This document shows, one piece after another, positions 26,488 to 36,189 of a stretch of DNA of 64,000 bases (within the stretch, counting starts at the first letter, position 1; each line of letters opens with the position of its first letter). The translations under genes and the position numbers were made by a program. The notes below the pieces were generated by a model, which made no database searches, was not told where the DNA came from, and worked only from the letters and a program-made list of their open reading frames with translations. Origin of the DNA: Acidobacteriota bacterium (GTDB taxonomy: Bacteria; Acidobacteriota; UBA6911); assembly GCA_963664705.1 (NCBI GenBank), contig OY761556.1, forward strand, positions 1,216,001 through 1,280,000, written 5' to 3'.

Positions 26488-26853
26488 ATGCCAAGAGTAA
26501 AAAGAGGAAACAAACGCGTCCAGCGCCGTAAAAAAATTCTGGGCCTGGCAAAAGGTTTTCGCCTTACCAAGAGCAAGCTGCACCGTTCAGCGAAGGAATC
26601 GGTGGATCGCGCACTCCGTTTTTCGTATCGCGACCGGCGAACCAAGAAACGTGAATTCCGCAGCCTGTTCATCATCCGGTTGGGAGCTGCGGCCCGGAAA
26701 AATAACATTTCCTACAGCAGGTTTATCAGCGGTCTGAAAAAAGCAGGTATCACCCTGGACCGACGTGTTCTTGCGGAGATCGCAATCAAAGATCCTGAGA
26801 CCTTTGCTCAAATTGCTGAAAGTGCCAAATCGGCACTAGCGGTAGCCGCGTAA
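26488..26853 (+). CDS. rplT: 50S ribosomal protein L20
   Basis: MPRVKRG, YRDRR.KKR.FR.L, YSRFI.GL. Confidence 0.97.
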   Translation: MPRVKRGNKRVQRRKKILGLAKGFRLTKSKLHRSAKESVDRALRFSYRDRRTKKREFRSLFIIRLGAAARKNNISYSRFISGLKKAGITLDRRVLAEIAIKDPETFAQIAESAKSALAVAA

Positions 26854-26882
26854 GAATTTCTGTTTGATAACTCCGATTGTGA

Positions 26883-26923
26883 GAGCGCCCGGGTGTCCTG
26901 CTACGCCGGGCGCTTTCTTTTTT
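26883..26923 (+). terminator. Rho-independent terminator after rplT
   Basis: GAGCGCCCGG...CCGGGCGCTT followed by a T-run. Confidence 0.8.
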
Positions 26924-26933
26924 GGGGCTGTTT

Positions 26934-27023
26934 CAATCGCGGATTGGTGATTGCGGATTGTGCGACAAATCCTGGCCCGCGTGCTCTGACAATCCAAAAT
27001 CCACAATTCGAAATCCGAAATTC
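26934..27023. repeat. Heptamer-periodic inverted repeat
   Basis: ggattgg-tgattgc-ggattgt / acaatcc-aaaatcc-acaattc-gaaatcc-gaaattc upstream of pheS. Confidence 0.65.
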
Positions 27024-27035
27024 AAGTGAGGGATT

Positions 27036-28046
27036 ATGAACGAAGCCATCGATAATCTACGGCGACAGTTTGAAGAGGAATTCTCGGCCATCACGGAGAT
27101 GGATGGTTGGAAATCCGTCCGTGACAAGTATCTGGCCAGGGAAAGCGGGCTGATCACGACCGCTTTGAAAAAGCTTCGCGATATTCCCAAAGAGGATCGA
27201 CCGGCCTTCGGACAGGCGATGAATCAACTGCGAGCCTATGCGGAAGAAAAGCTCGAGGCCCGTCAGAACGAGTTCAAATCGCAAGCGGTGAATCAGCAGA
27301 AGATTGATGTCACCCGGCCGGGTTTCCCGTTTTCGCTCGGAGCCGCACATCCCATCAAACGCCTGCAGGCTGAAATTGAGCAGATTTTTGTCACGATGGG
27401 GTTCCAGGTTTTCAACCAGATGGAAATTGAGCGGGATTACTACAATTTCGAAGCGCTGAACATGCCGCGGAATCATCCGGCCCGGGACGCCCAGGATACC
27501 TTCTATTTCGACGATACTATGCTGCTTCGAACGCATTGCACCTCGGTGGATGTGCATGCCATGGAGGCCATGCGGCCGCCCATCCGTGCGGTCACGACCG
27601 GGAAGGTTTATAGAAGAGATCCCTTTGACGCCACCCATTCCCCGATGTTTTACCAGGTCGATGTGGTCGTGATCGACGAAGGGATCACGATGGGTGATAT
27701 GAAAGGGATGCTGGACGCTTTCCTGAAACGCGTTTTTACGCCCGATACGAGAGTACGGTTGCGGCCCGGCTTCTTTCCTTTCGTGGAGCCTGGCGCCGAA
27801 GTCGATATCAGCTGCATCTTCTGTTCAGGACGAGGTTGTCCGACCTGCAAGCAGAGCGGATGGATCGAAATCCTTGGGGCCGGAATGGTTCACCCCAAGG
27901 TTTTGCGGATGTCGGGCGTGGACCCGGAGCGCTATTCCGGTTTCGCCTGGGGGCTGGGAATCGACCGGGTCGCCATTCTCAAGTATGGAGTGGATGACAT
28001 CCGTCTGTTCTTCGAGAATGATCTCAGGTTTCTGAAACAATTTTAG
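27036..28046 (+). CDS. pheS: Phenylalanine--tRNA ligase alpha subunit
   Basis: HPARDAQDTFY, LLRTH, FFPFVEP, GWIEILGAGMVHP, NDLRFL. Confidence 0.97.
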   Translation: MNEAIDNLRRQFEEEFSAITEMDGWKSVRDKYLARESGLITTALKKLRDIPKEDRPAFGQAMNQLRAYAEEKLEARQNEFKSQAVNQQKIDVTRPGFPFSLGAAHPIKRLQAEIEQIFVTMGFQVFNQMEIERDYYNFEALNMPRNHPARDAQDTFYFDDTMLLRTHCTSVDVHAMEAMRPPIRAVTTGKVYRRDPFDATHSPMFYQVDVVVIDEGITMGDMKGMLDAFLKRVFTPDTRVRLRPGFFPFVEPGAEVDISCIFCSGRGCPTCKQSGWIEILGAGMVHPKVLRMSGVDPERYSGFAWGLGIDRVAILKYGVDDIRLFFENDLRFLKQF

Positions 28047-28182
28047 GGCCTATATAGTTGATTTGAGGCCTTTTCTCGGCAAGCCACGATGGTCGGGAAC
28101 CTGCATGAAATAAGGCCCAAATGCACATTTTATAAGAAATTCAACTTTTGGTTCCGGCTTGTCCGGGTAGGGAGTCTGTCCA

Positions 28183-30237
28183 ATGAAAATCAGCATTGAG
28201 TGGCTTAAAGAATATGTGGATGTCCAGGAAAGCCCGGAAAAGCTGAAGCAGGATCTTTCAATGATCGGGCTCCTGGTTGAAGGGCTCGCCGAAGCTCCGG
28301 GTACCGCCGTCCTCGAAATTGAGGTAACCTCCAACCGGCCGGATTGCCTCAGCCATATCGGAATTGCACGCGAAATCGCCGCCCTCTACCGCAGGCCGCT
28401 GCGACTGCCGCCGGTTCAGGACAAGCTTAGCGTGCCAACCGAGAGAATCCCTTATAAGATCGAGATAAAGGATACGGATCTCTGCCCAAGATATGTCGGC
28501 CTCGTTCTGGATGGCGTTAAGGTCGGAGCCTCGCCGGAATGGATGCAGCGGAGGCTGGAAGCGGCCGGAATGCGTCCGCTGAACAACGTCGTCGATATTA
28601 CGAATTATGTTCTGCTTGAAATGGGCCACCCGCTCCATGCCTTCGACTTTGACGTCCTTCGCGGCGGAAAAATCGTGGTAGGGCGTGCGACCGCAGGGGA
28701 CCGATTCAAAACTCTCGATGGCAACGACCGGGATCTGGACGGCGAAATGTTGATGATCAACGACGGCGAGGGGCCGGTTGCTGTTGCCGGCGTCATGGGT
28801 GGCCTGAATTCCGAGATTTCGCTGACAACAACCCGCGTCCTGCTGGAATCCGCCTATTTCCAGCCCGCTTCCGTCCGGCGCACATCAAAAAAGCTGGGGC
28901 TTTCCACGGAGGCCAGTTATCGATTTGAACGCGGAGCCGACTGGGAAATTACCGTGGCGGCAATAGCCAGGACTTGCTACCTGATTGAACAGCTTGCGGG
29001 CGGACGCATTGCCGGGAGTCTGCAGGATGCCTATCCGGCAAAGAAAAGCCCCATGTGCATTCACCTTCGGAGACAAAATGCCGCAGCGCTTCTCGGCGTT
29101 GACATGGACAGCGATTTCATCGAGTCCACCCTGCAGCGACTGGAGTTCAAACTCGACAGGAAGGCCGAGGGGGCGTGGGAGGTTCGCTGCCCGACATTTC
29201 GCGCGGATATGGAACTGGAAGCCGATCTGATTGAAGAACTGGCCCGGTTTTACGGATACGACAATATTCCCACAACGCTTCCTGCAAGCAAGACGGTAGG
29301 GATTCACTCTCCCGTCTATGCCCTCGAAAACGCGATTCGAAGCATCATGGTCGGCCAGGGCTATTATGAAGCGGTAAATCTCAGCTTCGCCTCGGATGCG
29401 GATCATGTGGAGTTCCCGCCGGTTGCCGGGGACCGAATTGCGGTTAGAAACCCGCTGACCGAAGACACCCAGTATATGCGGACAACCCTGGCCCCAGGTC
29501 TGGTCCGGTCCGCCAAGAGAAACTTTAATTACGGCCAGCGCAATGTCCGTCTCTTTGAAATCGGCAGAGTGTATAGCCCCGGACCCGACGGCGTTCCAAC
29601 CGAGCGAAATGTGGTGGGTATTTTGGGCACGGGTGGCATTACGGGGCAAAACTGGGCGAACCCGAATGCGGAATATTCGTTTTTCCATCTGAAAGGAGTG
29701 CTGTCCGCACTCCTGCAAGGGATTCGTGTCCCGGAATTCGATATCGAGAGTTCTTCAGCCGCGGGCTGGCTGAATTCGTCCGATGCGGCTGTTCTCAAGA
29801 TGGGTGGAGAGATTGTAGGCGTTCTAGGCTCGCTGTCTCCGGTCCTCGAAGACAAGTACAAGCTGAAGCAGCCCATATACCTTGCCGAAATTGATTATGA
29901 GCGATTGTCCCGGCTGGCGTTTTCGCCAATCCGGTATGAGTCTCTGCCACGGTATCCTTCGGTGGAAAGAGATATGTCCATTGTTGTAAACAGCGACATC
30001 GCCTATCGATCGATCTGCGGCGGAATATCCGGGCTTGGCATCGCTGAACTCAGCGGCGTCGATCTCATCGATGTCTATGAAGGGGAGAAGATTCCCGCCG
30101 GCAAAGTCAGTCTTACGCTCCGGCTCACATTTCAGGACCGCGAGAGAACCCTTACTGTTGACCGGGTTCAAGGTTTCATTGATACTGTTCTTTCATACTT
30201 AACCAACACATTCGGAGCGGGGCTGAGATCGTTATGA
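28183..30237 (+). CDS. pheT: Phenylalanine--tRNA ligase beta subunit (short form without B2 OB domain)
   Basis: NRPDCLS, VDITNYV, ASYRFERG, DLIEELAR, FDX-ACB C-terminus. Confidence 0.96.
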   Translation: MKISIEWLKEYVDVQESPEKLKQDLSMIGLLVEGLAEAPGTAVLEIEVTSNRPDCLSHIGIAREIAALYRRPLRLPPVQDKLSVPTERIPYKIEIKDTDLCPRYVGLVLDGVKVGASPEWMQRRLEAAGMRPLNNVVDITNYVLLEMGHPLHAFDFDVLRGGKIVVGRATAGDRFKTLDGNDRDLDGEMLMINDGEGPVAVAGVMGGLNSEISLTTTRVLLESAYFQPASVRRTSKKLGLSTEASYRFERGADWEITVAAIARTCYLIEQLAGGRIAGSLQDAYPAKKSPMCIHLRRQNAAALLGVDMDSDFIESTLQRLEFKLDRKAEGAWEVRCPTFRADMELEADLIEELARFYGYDNIPTTLPASKTVGIHSPVYALENAIRSIMVGQGYYEAVNLSFASDADHVEFPPVAGDRIAVRNPLTEDTQYMRTTLAPGLVRSAKRNFNYGQRNVRLFEIGRVYSPGPDGVPTERNVVGILGTGGITGQNWANPNAEYSFFHLKGVLSALLQGIRVPEFDIESSSAAGWLNSSDAAVLKMGGEIVGVLGSLSPVLEDKYKLKQPIYLAEIDYERLSRLAFSPIRYESLPRYPSVERDMSIVVNSDIAYRSICGGISGLGIAELSGVDLIDVYEGEKIPAGKVSLTLRLTFQDRERTLTVDRVQGFIDTVLSYLTNTFGAGLRSL

Positions 30238-30518
30238 GTGAAACAAAACCTCAATGGGAACCCACAAGCCTTGAACGTTTCGGTCACCTGGAAGACAAAA
30301 TATTCCGGATGGTCGAAGAGTACAAGTTGGTGCGCAAAGAGAAGGACACACTGCAGGCGGAGAATGCTCAGTTGAAATCGCAGATTGCGGAACTCCGCGA
30401 ACATGAAACCACCATCCAGAACGATCTGGCGCAGTTTCAGAAAGAGCGCGAGCAGCTGCGGGAACGCGTCGAAAAAGCCCTCGGCCTTCTTGCGACAATG
30501 GAAGGGCGAGAGCAATAG
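30234..30518 (+). CDS. ZapB-like coiled-coil cell division protein
   Basis: 94-aa coiled coil between pheT and zapA. Confidence 0.7.
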   Translation: MSETKPQWEPTSLERFGHLEDKIFRMVEEYKLVRKEKDTLQAENAQLKSQIAELREHETTIQNDLAQFQKEREQLRERVEKALGLLATMEGREQ

Positions 30519-30549
30519 CCAGGCAAGCGCCACTTTGTAGCTCGAGGAC

Positions 30550-30852
30550 ATGCCCATGAGCGAACAGCCGGAATCCAGTTCTATCCGAGTCAAAATTTAT
30601 GACCGGGAGTACGGATTTCGCATAGCGGGAGATCCTGAGCGGTTCAAAGCCGTATGCGCTAATCTGGACAAGCGCATGCGCGAGGTGGCGGCTTCCACCG
30701 GATCGGTGGATACTCTGAAGGTGGCGGTTTTGGCGGCGCTCAGCCTGGCCGATGACCTGTACAAGGCGCAAGAGGAAATGCAGAAGCTCGACGAGTCGCT
30801 CAGCCGCAGCGCGCTCGCATGTGTGTCCATCCTGGACCGGATCAAGTCCTGA
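30550..30852 (+). CDS. zapA: Cell division protein ZapA
   Basis: V.IYDREY, LD.RM, VAVLAAL..ADDL. Confidence 0.88.
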   Translation: MPMSEQPESSSIRVKIYDREYGFRIAGDPERFKAVCANLDKRMREVAASTGSVDTLKVAVLAALSLADDLYKAQEEMQKLDESLSRSALACVSILDRIKS

Positions 30853-30907
30853 ACAACGCCAAGAATTGCACGAATGGAATTCGCGAAATTCTTGGCGTTG
30901 TTATTTT
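30852..30907. terminator. Probable bidirectional terminator between zapA and ymdB
   Basis: 16-bp inverted repeat AACAACGCCAAGAATT / AATTCTTGGCGTTGTT. Confidence 0.7.
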
Positions 30908-31692
30908 TACAGGTTGAAAGGAAGATTCAACCGCTGAATGCTGAGAGCGCGCCCCGTCGATTCGTCAATCTCCACGATAACGCCGCAAAGACGCAGGTTC
31001 GAGGATGCCGGTTCCAGCCGCACAGGGATCTGCCGGAGAAACCGATCCAGCGCAAGATCCGGCACGGAACCGATAATCGAGTCGTGCGGGCCGGTCATGC
31101 CTGCATCGGTAATAAACGCGGTCCCACGCGGCAGCAGCCGCTCATCGGCAGTCTGCACATGCGTATGGGTCCCCACAACCGCGCTGACTTTCCCGTCCAG
31201 ATACCATCCCATTGCCTGCTTTTCCGAAGTGGCTTCCGCATGAAAGTCGACCAGGATGACCGGAGTCTGTTTGCGGATCTGCTCGACTGCCGCCAGCCCT
31301 GTGACGAACGGGCAGTCAATGCTGTTCATGAAGACACGCCCCTGCAGATTTACGACTCCGACCCGTACGCCGCAGTTGGTATTACCAATATAAATGCCTG
31401 TTCCGGGTGTTCCCTTGGGGAAATTATGCGGCCGCAGCAGCCTGGGTTGCTCCTGGAGATAGGGCACGATAGCCCGCTTGTCCCAAATGTGATTTCCCGA
31501 TGTGAGAATGTCGACTTCGCAGCTCAGAAATTCGTCGGCAATCTGCGGCGTAATTCCGAATCCTGCTGCCGCATTTTCTATGTTTGCAATACAGAAATCG
31601 ATTCGATGTTCCTGAATAATGGAGTGAAGCTTTTCCTGCAGCAATCTCCGGCCGGGCTTTCCAAAAATATCACCAATAAATAGCGTTCGCAT
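30907..31692 (-). CDS. ymdB: YmdB/TIGR00282 metallophosphoesterase
   Basis: FIGDIFG.PGR, N.ENAA, TSGNHIWD, DFHAEATSEK, GTHTHVQTAD, DAGMTG. Confidence 0.93.
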   Translation of the reverse strand: MRTLFIGDIFGKPGRRLLQEKLHSIIQEHRIDFCIANIENAAAGFGITPQIADEFLSCEVDILTSGNHIWDKRAIVPYLQEQPRLLRPHNFPKGTPGTGIYIGNTNCGVRVGVVNLQGRVFMNSIDCPFVTGLAAVEQIRKQTPVILVDFHAEATSEKQAMGWYLDGKVSAVVGTHTHVQTADERLLPRGTAFITDAGMTGPHDSIIGSVPDLALDRFLRQIPVRLEPASSNLRLCGVIVEIDESTGRALSIQRLNLPFNL

Positions 31693-31727
31693 CCATTCCG
31701 CCCTTCACCGTTACCAGCATAAAAAAA

Positions 31728-31909
31728 GACCCCCGCGCCGCCGTGTGGCATATCTATTTGAACCTTGTTACCAAGGGGGTGTCCTACACTCTGTTTCAGG
31801 CGATCAAGTTCCCGAAGGAAAAGCCCGCACACCACAGAACGATACGAACTCCCATCAAATAGAATGTTGGCTCAAATAATGTTTGCCATCACCAACATTG
31901 CAGGGGCCC
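31728..31909 (-). ncRNA. ssrS: 6S RNA
   Basis: ~180-nt rod with paired ends (GGCCCCTGC / GCGGGGGTC), TTTGAGCC / GGTTCAAA inner stem and central bubble; TTGATT-N18-TATCAT promoter upstream; zapA/ymdB neighbourhood. Confidence 0.8.
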
Positions 31910-31998
31910 GTAACTATGATACTCATTTGCCATATTCGGAATCAAGGAATTGACGATTTACGAATAACGATTGGGAACCCCGACTGTTTTCCCGGTCG

Positions 31999-34908
31999 TC
32001 ATCCACTAATCGTCAATTGCAAATATTTACCCGTGTGTGATTCCGGGCACTGGACCAGATCTTCCGGCGTGCCTTCAAACACGACCCTTCCACCCGCTTC
32101 GCCTCCCTCCGGACCCAGGTCGATCACCCAGTCCGCCGTTTTGATCACGTCGAGGTTGTGTTCGATGACCAGAAGGGAATTCCCGGCGCTGATCAGCTTG
32201 TCAAAGGCGGAGAGAAGCTTTCGGATGTCATCGAAATGAAGGCCGGTGGTTGGTTCGTCAAAAACGTACAGCGTGTTTTTGGTGCTGGACTTGGATATAT
32301 AGGAAGCCAGTTTGATGCGCTGAGCTTCTCCTCCCGAAAGCGTGGTCGCGGACTGACCGAGACGCAGGTATCCCAGCCCGATCTCATCGAGCAGTTTCAG
32401 TTTTCGAATCAGCGACGGATGACCTGCAAAGAAGTCCATGGCTTCGCGGATGGTCAGGTCAAGTACTTCCGCGATGTTTTTCGATTTGTACTGAACCTCC
32501 AGAACCGCATTTTTGAAGCGCTTGCCTTTGCAGTCTTCGCACGTCAGTTCCACGTCGGCGAGAAACTGCATTTCTACCGTAACGGTTCCATTGCCCTGGC
32601 ATGTTTCGCAGCGTCCGGCTTCGAGGTTGAACGAAAAATGGCCCGGCCCAAAACCGCGGCCATAGGCATCCCGTGTATCCGCAAAGATATGCCGAATGTC
32701 GTCAAAAGCTTTGGTATAGGTGGCCGGGTTGGATCGAGGGGTCCTTCCGATCGGCGACTGGTCCACAAGAATCACATCCGAGACATGTTCCGCTCCCCGG
32801 AGCGCTTGGAATCCGGGCGGTGATTCCTTGAGTTCACCCTTCGCCTTCTTGATGGCTTGATACAGCACATCATGGACAAGCGTCGATTTACCGCTGCCGC
32901 TGACTCCCGTGATGCAAACCAGCATGCCAAGCGGAATCCGGACATCGATGTTTTTCAGATTGTGTGCGTAGGCATTCCGGATTTCGATCTTTTTGACATT
33001 GGGCTTGCGACGGAACATCGGAATCGGAATCCTGAGTTCTCCCTGGAGGTATCGGCTGGTCAACGACTGCGTATCCTTCAAAAGCGCTGGGAAATTCCCC
33101 TGGAATACGACTTCGCCTCCAAGCTCACCGGCCCTCGGACCCAGATCGACAATGTAGTCGGCGGAACGCATGATCTCCTGATCGTGTTCTACGACCAGTA
33201 CCGTATTGCCGAGCGATTGGAGGCTCTTGAGAATGTCCACCAGTCTGCGGCTGTCTCTCGGATGCAGCCCGATGCTGGGTTCGTCGAGAACATAGAGAGC
33301 GCCTACGAGCGTGGATCCCAGCGATGTTGCCAGTTGAATGCGCTGGGATTCGCCGCCGGACAGGGTGGAGGAAAGACGATCCAGGGCAATGTAGTCCAAG
33401 CCTACACGGACCAGGAGATCGAGCCGGTGCCTGATTTCCGCCAGAATTCGTTCCGCAATGGAGGACTGTTGTGCCGTGAGCGGGAGGCTTGCAAAAAAAA
33501 CGGCTGCCTGTGCGATGGTCATGTGCGTTACATCGGTGATCGATTTGCCGCCAATTCTCACATCGCGTGCCTCCTGGCGCAGGCGCTCGCCGCGGCACGA
33601 CAGACAGGTCGCATACCCGCGGTAGCGGCTGATAAAAATGCGGACATGCATCTTGTATTTCTTCTGTTCCAGGTAAGCGAAAAAGCCGAGGACGCCCGGG
33701 AACCGGCCGTGACCCTGGATAATTTTTTCCCGGTCGCTCTCCGGCAGTTCCTGCCATGGAGTGTCGACGGAGATATCCTCCTGGGCCGCAAACTGCAGCA
33801 GCCTGCTGTGAAAGCTGCGATAGCGAGGTTTGGTCCAGGGATTGATGGCGCCGGCTGTCAGGCTTTTGGATTTGTCGGGGATGATCAGATCCAGATCGAT
33901 CGTGAGCGTATTCCCAAAGCCCTGGCATTCGGGGCAGGCTCCGAACGGATTATTGAAGGAGAAGAGCCGCGGTTCCGGTTCCTGGTAGGAGACATGGCAC
34001 AACTGACATTCGAACGCCTCGCTGAATTTAACCAGCGTTCCGGCCGGGTGGGGAAGCCAGCGGATATCCGGATGATCCGCCGCAATCATGCGCTCGGTTT
34101 CCGACGCGTCATCCGCCAGGAGAATCAACTCGATATGCCCCTCGGAGTCGCGACTGCATACTTCAATGGAATCCACGAGTCGCTTGCGAATGTCCGGCTG
34201 AACAACAAGGCGGTCGACAACGACGTGCGCTTCCTTGTTGCTGCTCTTTGCCATCGTCTCAACCGCTTCTGAAAGATCGACCAGTTCACGGCCGATGAGC
34301 AGCCGGACATATCCCTGCTGCTGTAGTCCTGGAAGAATTACAGCCAGTCGATCCTCCGGCTGGGAGGATGTGGAAGAGCTCTTCGCGCGACGGGAATGGC
34401 CATCGGCGGCAGGGACGGGCATATCCAGCTGCAGCTTCATGCAGAGATAGATCTTCTGCCCTGCGGGCAGTGACATGACGAAGTCTGCAATGCTTTCCGG
34501 CGAATCTTTCCCGACAACGCGTCCACAAACATGGCAGTAGGTAATGCCGATGCGGGCGTAGAGAAGCCTTAGATAATCGTTGATTTCCGTTACCGTTCCG
34601 ACGGTAGAGCGGGGATTTCGCGAGTAATTTCTTTGGCGGATTGCAAGCGCCGGGCAAATGCCCTCGATGTCGTCTACATCCGGCCGGTCGATCCTCTCCA
34701 GAAACTGACGCGCGTAGGCCGAGAGGGAAGCAATGTATCTCCGCTGGCCTTCAGCGTAGAGCGTATCAAAAGCAAAGCTGCTTTTGCCGCTTCCAGATAC
34801 ACCGGTGACGACGGTCAGAGAATTCAGCGGGATCTCGACCGTTACGTTCTTGAGATTGTGAACCCTGGCTCCTTTAACGACGATGGCTTCTTTTTGATCT
34901 GCGCTCAA
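31999..34908 (-). CDS. uvrA: Excinuclease ABC subunit A
   Basis: GARVHNLKN, two GVSGSGKS motifs, LSGGE.QR signatures, zinc fingers; TTG start estimated; TTGACA-N17-TAACAT upstream. Confidence 0.95.
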   Translation of the reverse strand: MSADQKEAIVVKGARVHNLKNVTVEIPLNSLTVVTGVSGSGKSSFAFDTLYAEGQRRYIASLSAYARQFLERIDRPDVDDIEGICPALAIRQRNYSRNPRSTVGTVTEINDYLRLLYARIGITYCHVCGRVVGKDSPESIADFVMSLPAGQKIYLCMKLQLDMPVPAADGHSRRAKSSSTSSQPEDRLAVILPGLQQQGYVRLLIGRELVDLSEAVETMAKSSNKEAHVVVDRLVVQPDIRKRLVDSIEVCSRDSEGHIELILLADDASETERMIAADHPDIRWLPHPAGTLVKFSEAFECQLCHVSYQEPEPRLFSFNNPFGACPECQGFGNTLTIDLDLIIPDKSKSLTAGAINPWTKPRYRSFHSRLLQFAAQEDISVDTPWQELPESDREKIIQGHGRFPGVLGFFAYLEQKKYKMHVRIFISRYRGYATCLSCRGERLRQEARDVRIGGKSITDVTHMTIAQAAVFFASLPLTAQQSSIAERILAEIRHRLDLLVRVGLDYIALDRLSSTLSGGESQRIQLATSLGSTLVGALYVLDEPSIGLHPRDSRRLVDILKSLQSLGNTVLVVEHDQEIMRSADYIVDLGPRAGELGGEVVFQGNFPALLKDTQSLTSRYLQGELRIPIPMFRRKPNVKKIEIRNAYAHNLKNIDVRIPLGMLVCITGVSGSGKSTLVHDVLYQAIKKAKGELKESPPGFQALRGAEHVSDVILVDQSPIGRTPRSNPATYTKAFDDIRHIFADTRDAYGRGFGPGHFSFNLEAGRCETCQGNGTVTVEMQFLADVELTCEDCKGKRFKNAVLEVQYKSKNIAEVLDLTIREAMDFFAGHPSLIRKLKLLDEIGLGYLRLGQSATTLSGGEAQRIKLASYISKSSTKNTLYVFDEPTTGLHFDDIRKLLSAFDKLISAGNSLLVIEHNLDVIKTADWVIDLGPEGGEAGGRVVFEGTPEDLVQCPESHTGKYLQLTISG

Positions 34909-35124
34909 TGGCAAAACCCCAGTTAGAGAACGATGTATGTTATGGAGCCCTGCGATCCTTGTCAATTGTCCGCGCGGGAGCAGTTTGGAGATTGCCGGTA
35001 TGCAGGGTCTCCGGCGAGGCAATTCGCAATCTCCAATCTCCAATCCGAAACCGGCCATCCTCGATCCAAAAACCGAAATCTGGGACTAACAATAACTGCC
35101 GATCATTGGTACAATTCGCCCCCG

Positions 35125-36135
35125 ATGCCACCGAGAATTGTATCTATCCTGGAAGTCACTCCTCCTGCCGGGGTTCCCGGGGGGGAACTTGTCATGAAAT
35201 GCCGCGGCTTCAAGCCGGATGTTACCTCCAGAGTTCTGTTTGGGAATGTGGAGGCGCTCATTCTCTCCGCATCCGCCGACCGGATTTTTGCGCGGCTTCC
35301 GGAAAGTCCGCAAAGTCTGGGCGTTTCTCTGAAAGTTGGAAATGCAGTCTCGCCGGTTTTCGCCTTCAGCCTCGCCTCCAGACTTGCCTCCGATCTCCAC
35401 CCGGTGGCCAATCCGGTGGTGGCCCCGGATGGATCCATCATTACCACCATCAGCGGAGGCCGGGGCGAGCACGTTTCCCAGCCACTGGTCCGCGTTACCC
35501 GGCATGGAGATAAGATACCGTACAATTGCGATGTTACGAATCCAACCGGCCTTGCCTTTTCGCCGGATGGCCAGCTGTATATTTCGAGCCGCCATGACGG
35601 GACGGTCCTCCGATATACCGACTACGATCGGATCGAGGTTGTGGCGGACGACCTGGGAATTCCATGCGGAATTGCCTTTGATTCCAACGGCCTGTTGTAT
35701 GTCGGGGATCGAACCGGAAGGATTTACCGGGTCGACTCTGCCGGGAACAAAGAGGAATTTGCCCAACTGGAGCCGAGTATCGCCGCTTACCATCTGGCCA
35801 TAGACTCCGAGGATCGCGTCTATGTTACGGGTCCCACTTTTTCGATGCGCGACCGCCTGATCCGCCTTTCGCGTGAAGGGAAAAGTGAAACCGTGGCGGA
35901 GGGCCTGGCTCGGCCACAGGGTATGGCATTTCTGCCGGACGGGGATCTGCTCGTATGTGCCGGCTACCAGGGGAGGAAAGGCGTATTCCGATACTCGCCC
36001 GGGAATGGTTCGTTCACGCACTTTATTACCGCGCCCATCCTCATCGGACTCGCGGTTGCGGGGAAAGAGCTTTTCCTGGCAACAAAGGATGCCATCTACT
36101 GGACGTCTCTTCCCGGCAATCCTTCCGTAAACTAG
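35125..36135 (+). CDS. IPT/TIG plus NHL/SMP-30 beta-propeller protein
   Basis: N-terminal Ig-like segment, then NPTGLAFSPDGQLY, PCGIAFDSNG.LY and PQGMAF.PDG.L repeats. Confidence 0.75.
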   Translation: MPPRIVSILEVTPPAGVPGGELVMKCRGFKPDVTSRVLFGNVEALILSASADRIFARLPESPQSLGVSLKVGNAVSPVFAFSLASRLASDLHPVANPVVAPDGSIITTISGGRGEHVSQPLVRVTRHGDKIPYNCDVTNPTGLAFSPDGQLYISSRHDGTVLRYTDYDRIEVVADDLGIPCGIAFDSNGLLYVGDRTGRIYRVDSAGNKEEFAQLEPSIAAYHLAIDSEDRVYVTGPTFSMRDRLIRLSREGKSETVAEGLARPQGMAFLPDGDLLVCAGYQGRKGVFRYSPGNGSFTHFITAPILIGLAVAGKELFLATKDAIYWTSLPGNPSVN

Positions 36136-36189
36136 GCGCTTGTTCGAGTTTGCGGAATACCTTCGCATTGGTTGCTTCTCCGGATAAAC

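Noticed and set aside
32158-34272. Long plus-strand ORFs opposite uvrA (221 and 471 aa), and similar ORFs opposite tgt, rel, argC, argD and the ABC genes
   Set aside because: Antisense open frames are expected from codon bias in GC-rich genes; they carry no recognisable motifs.
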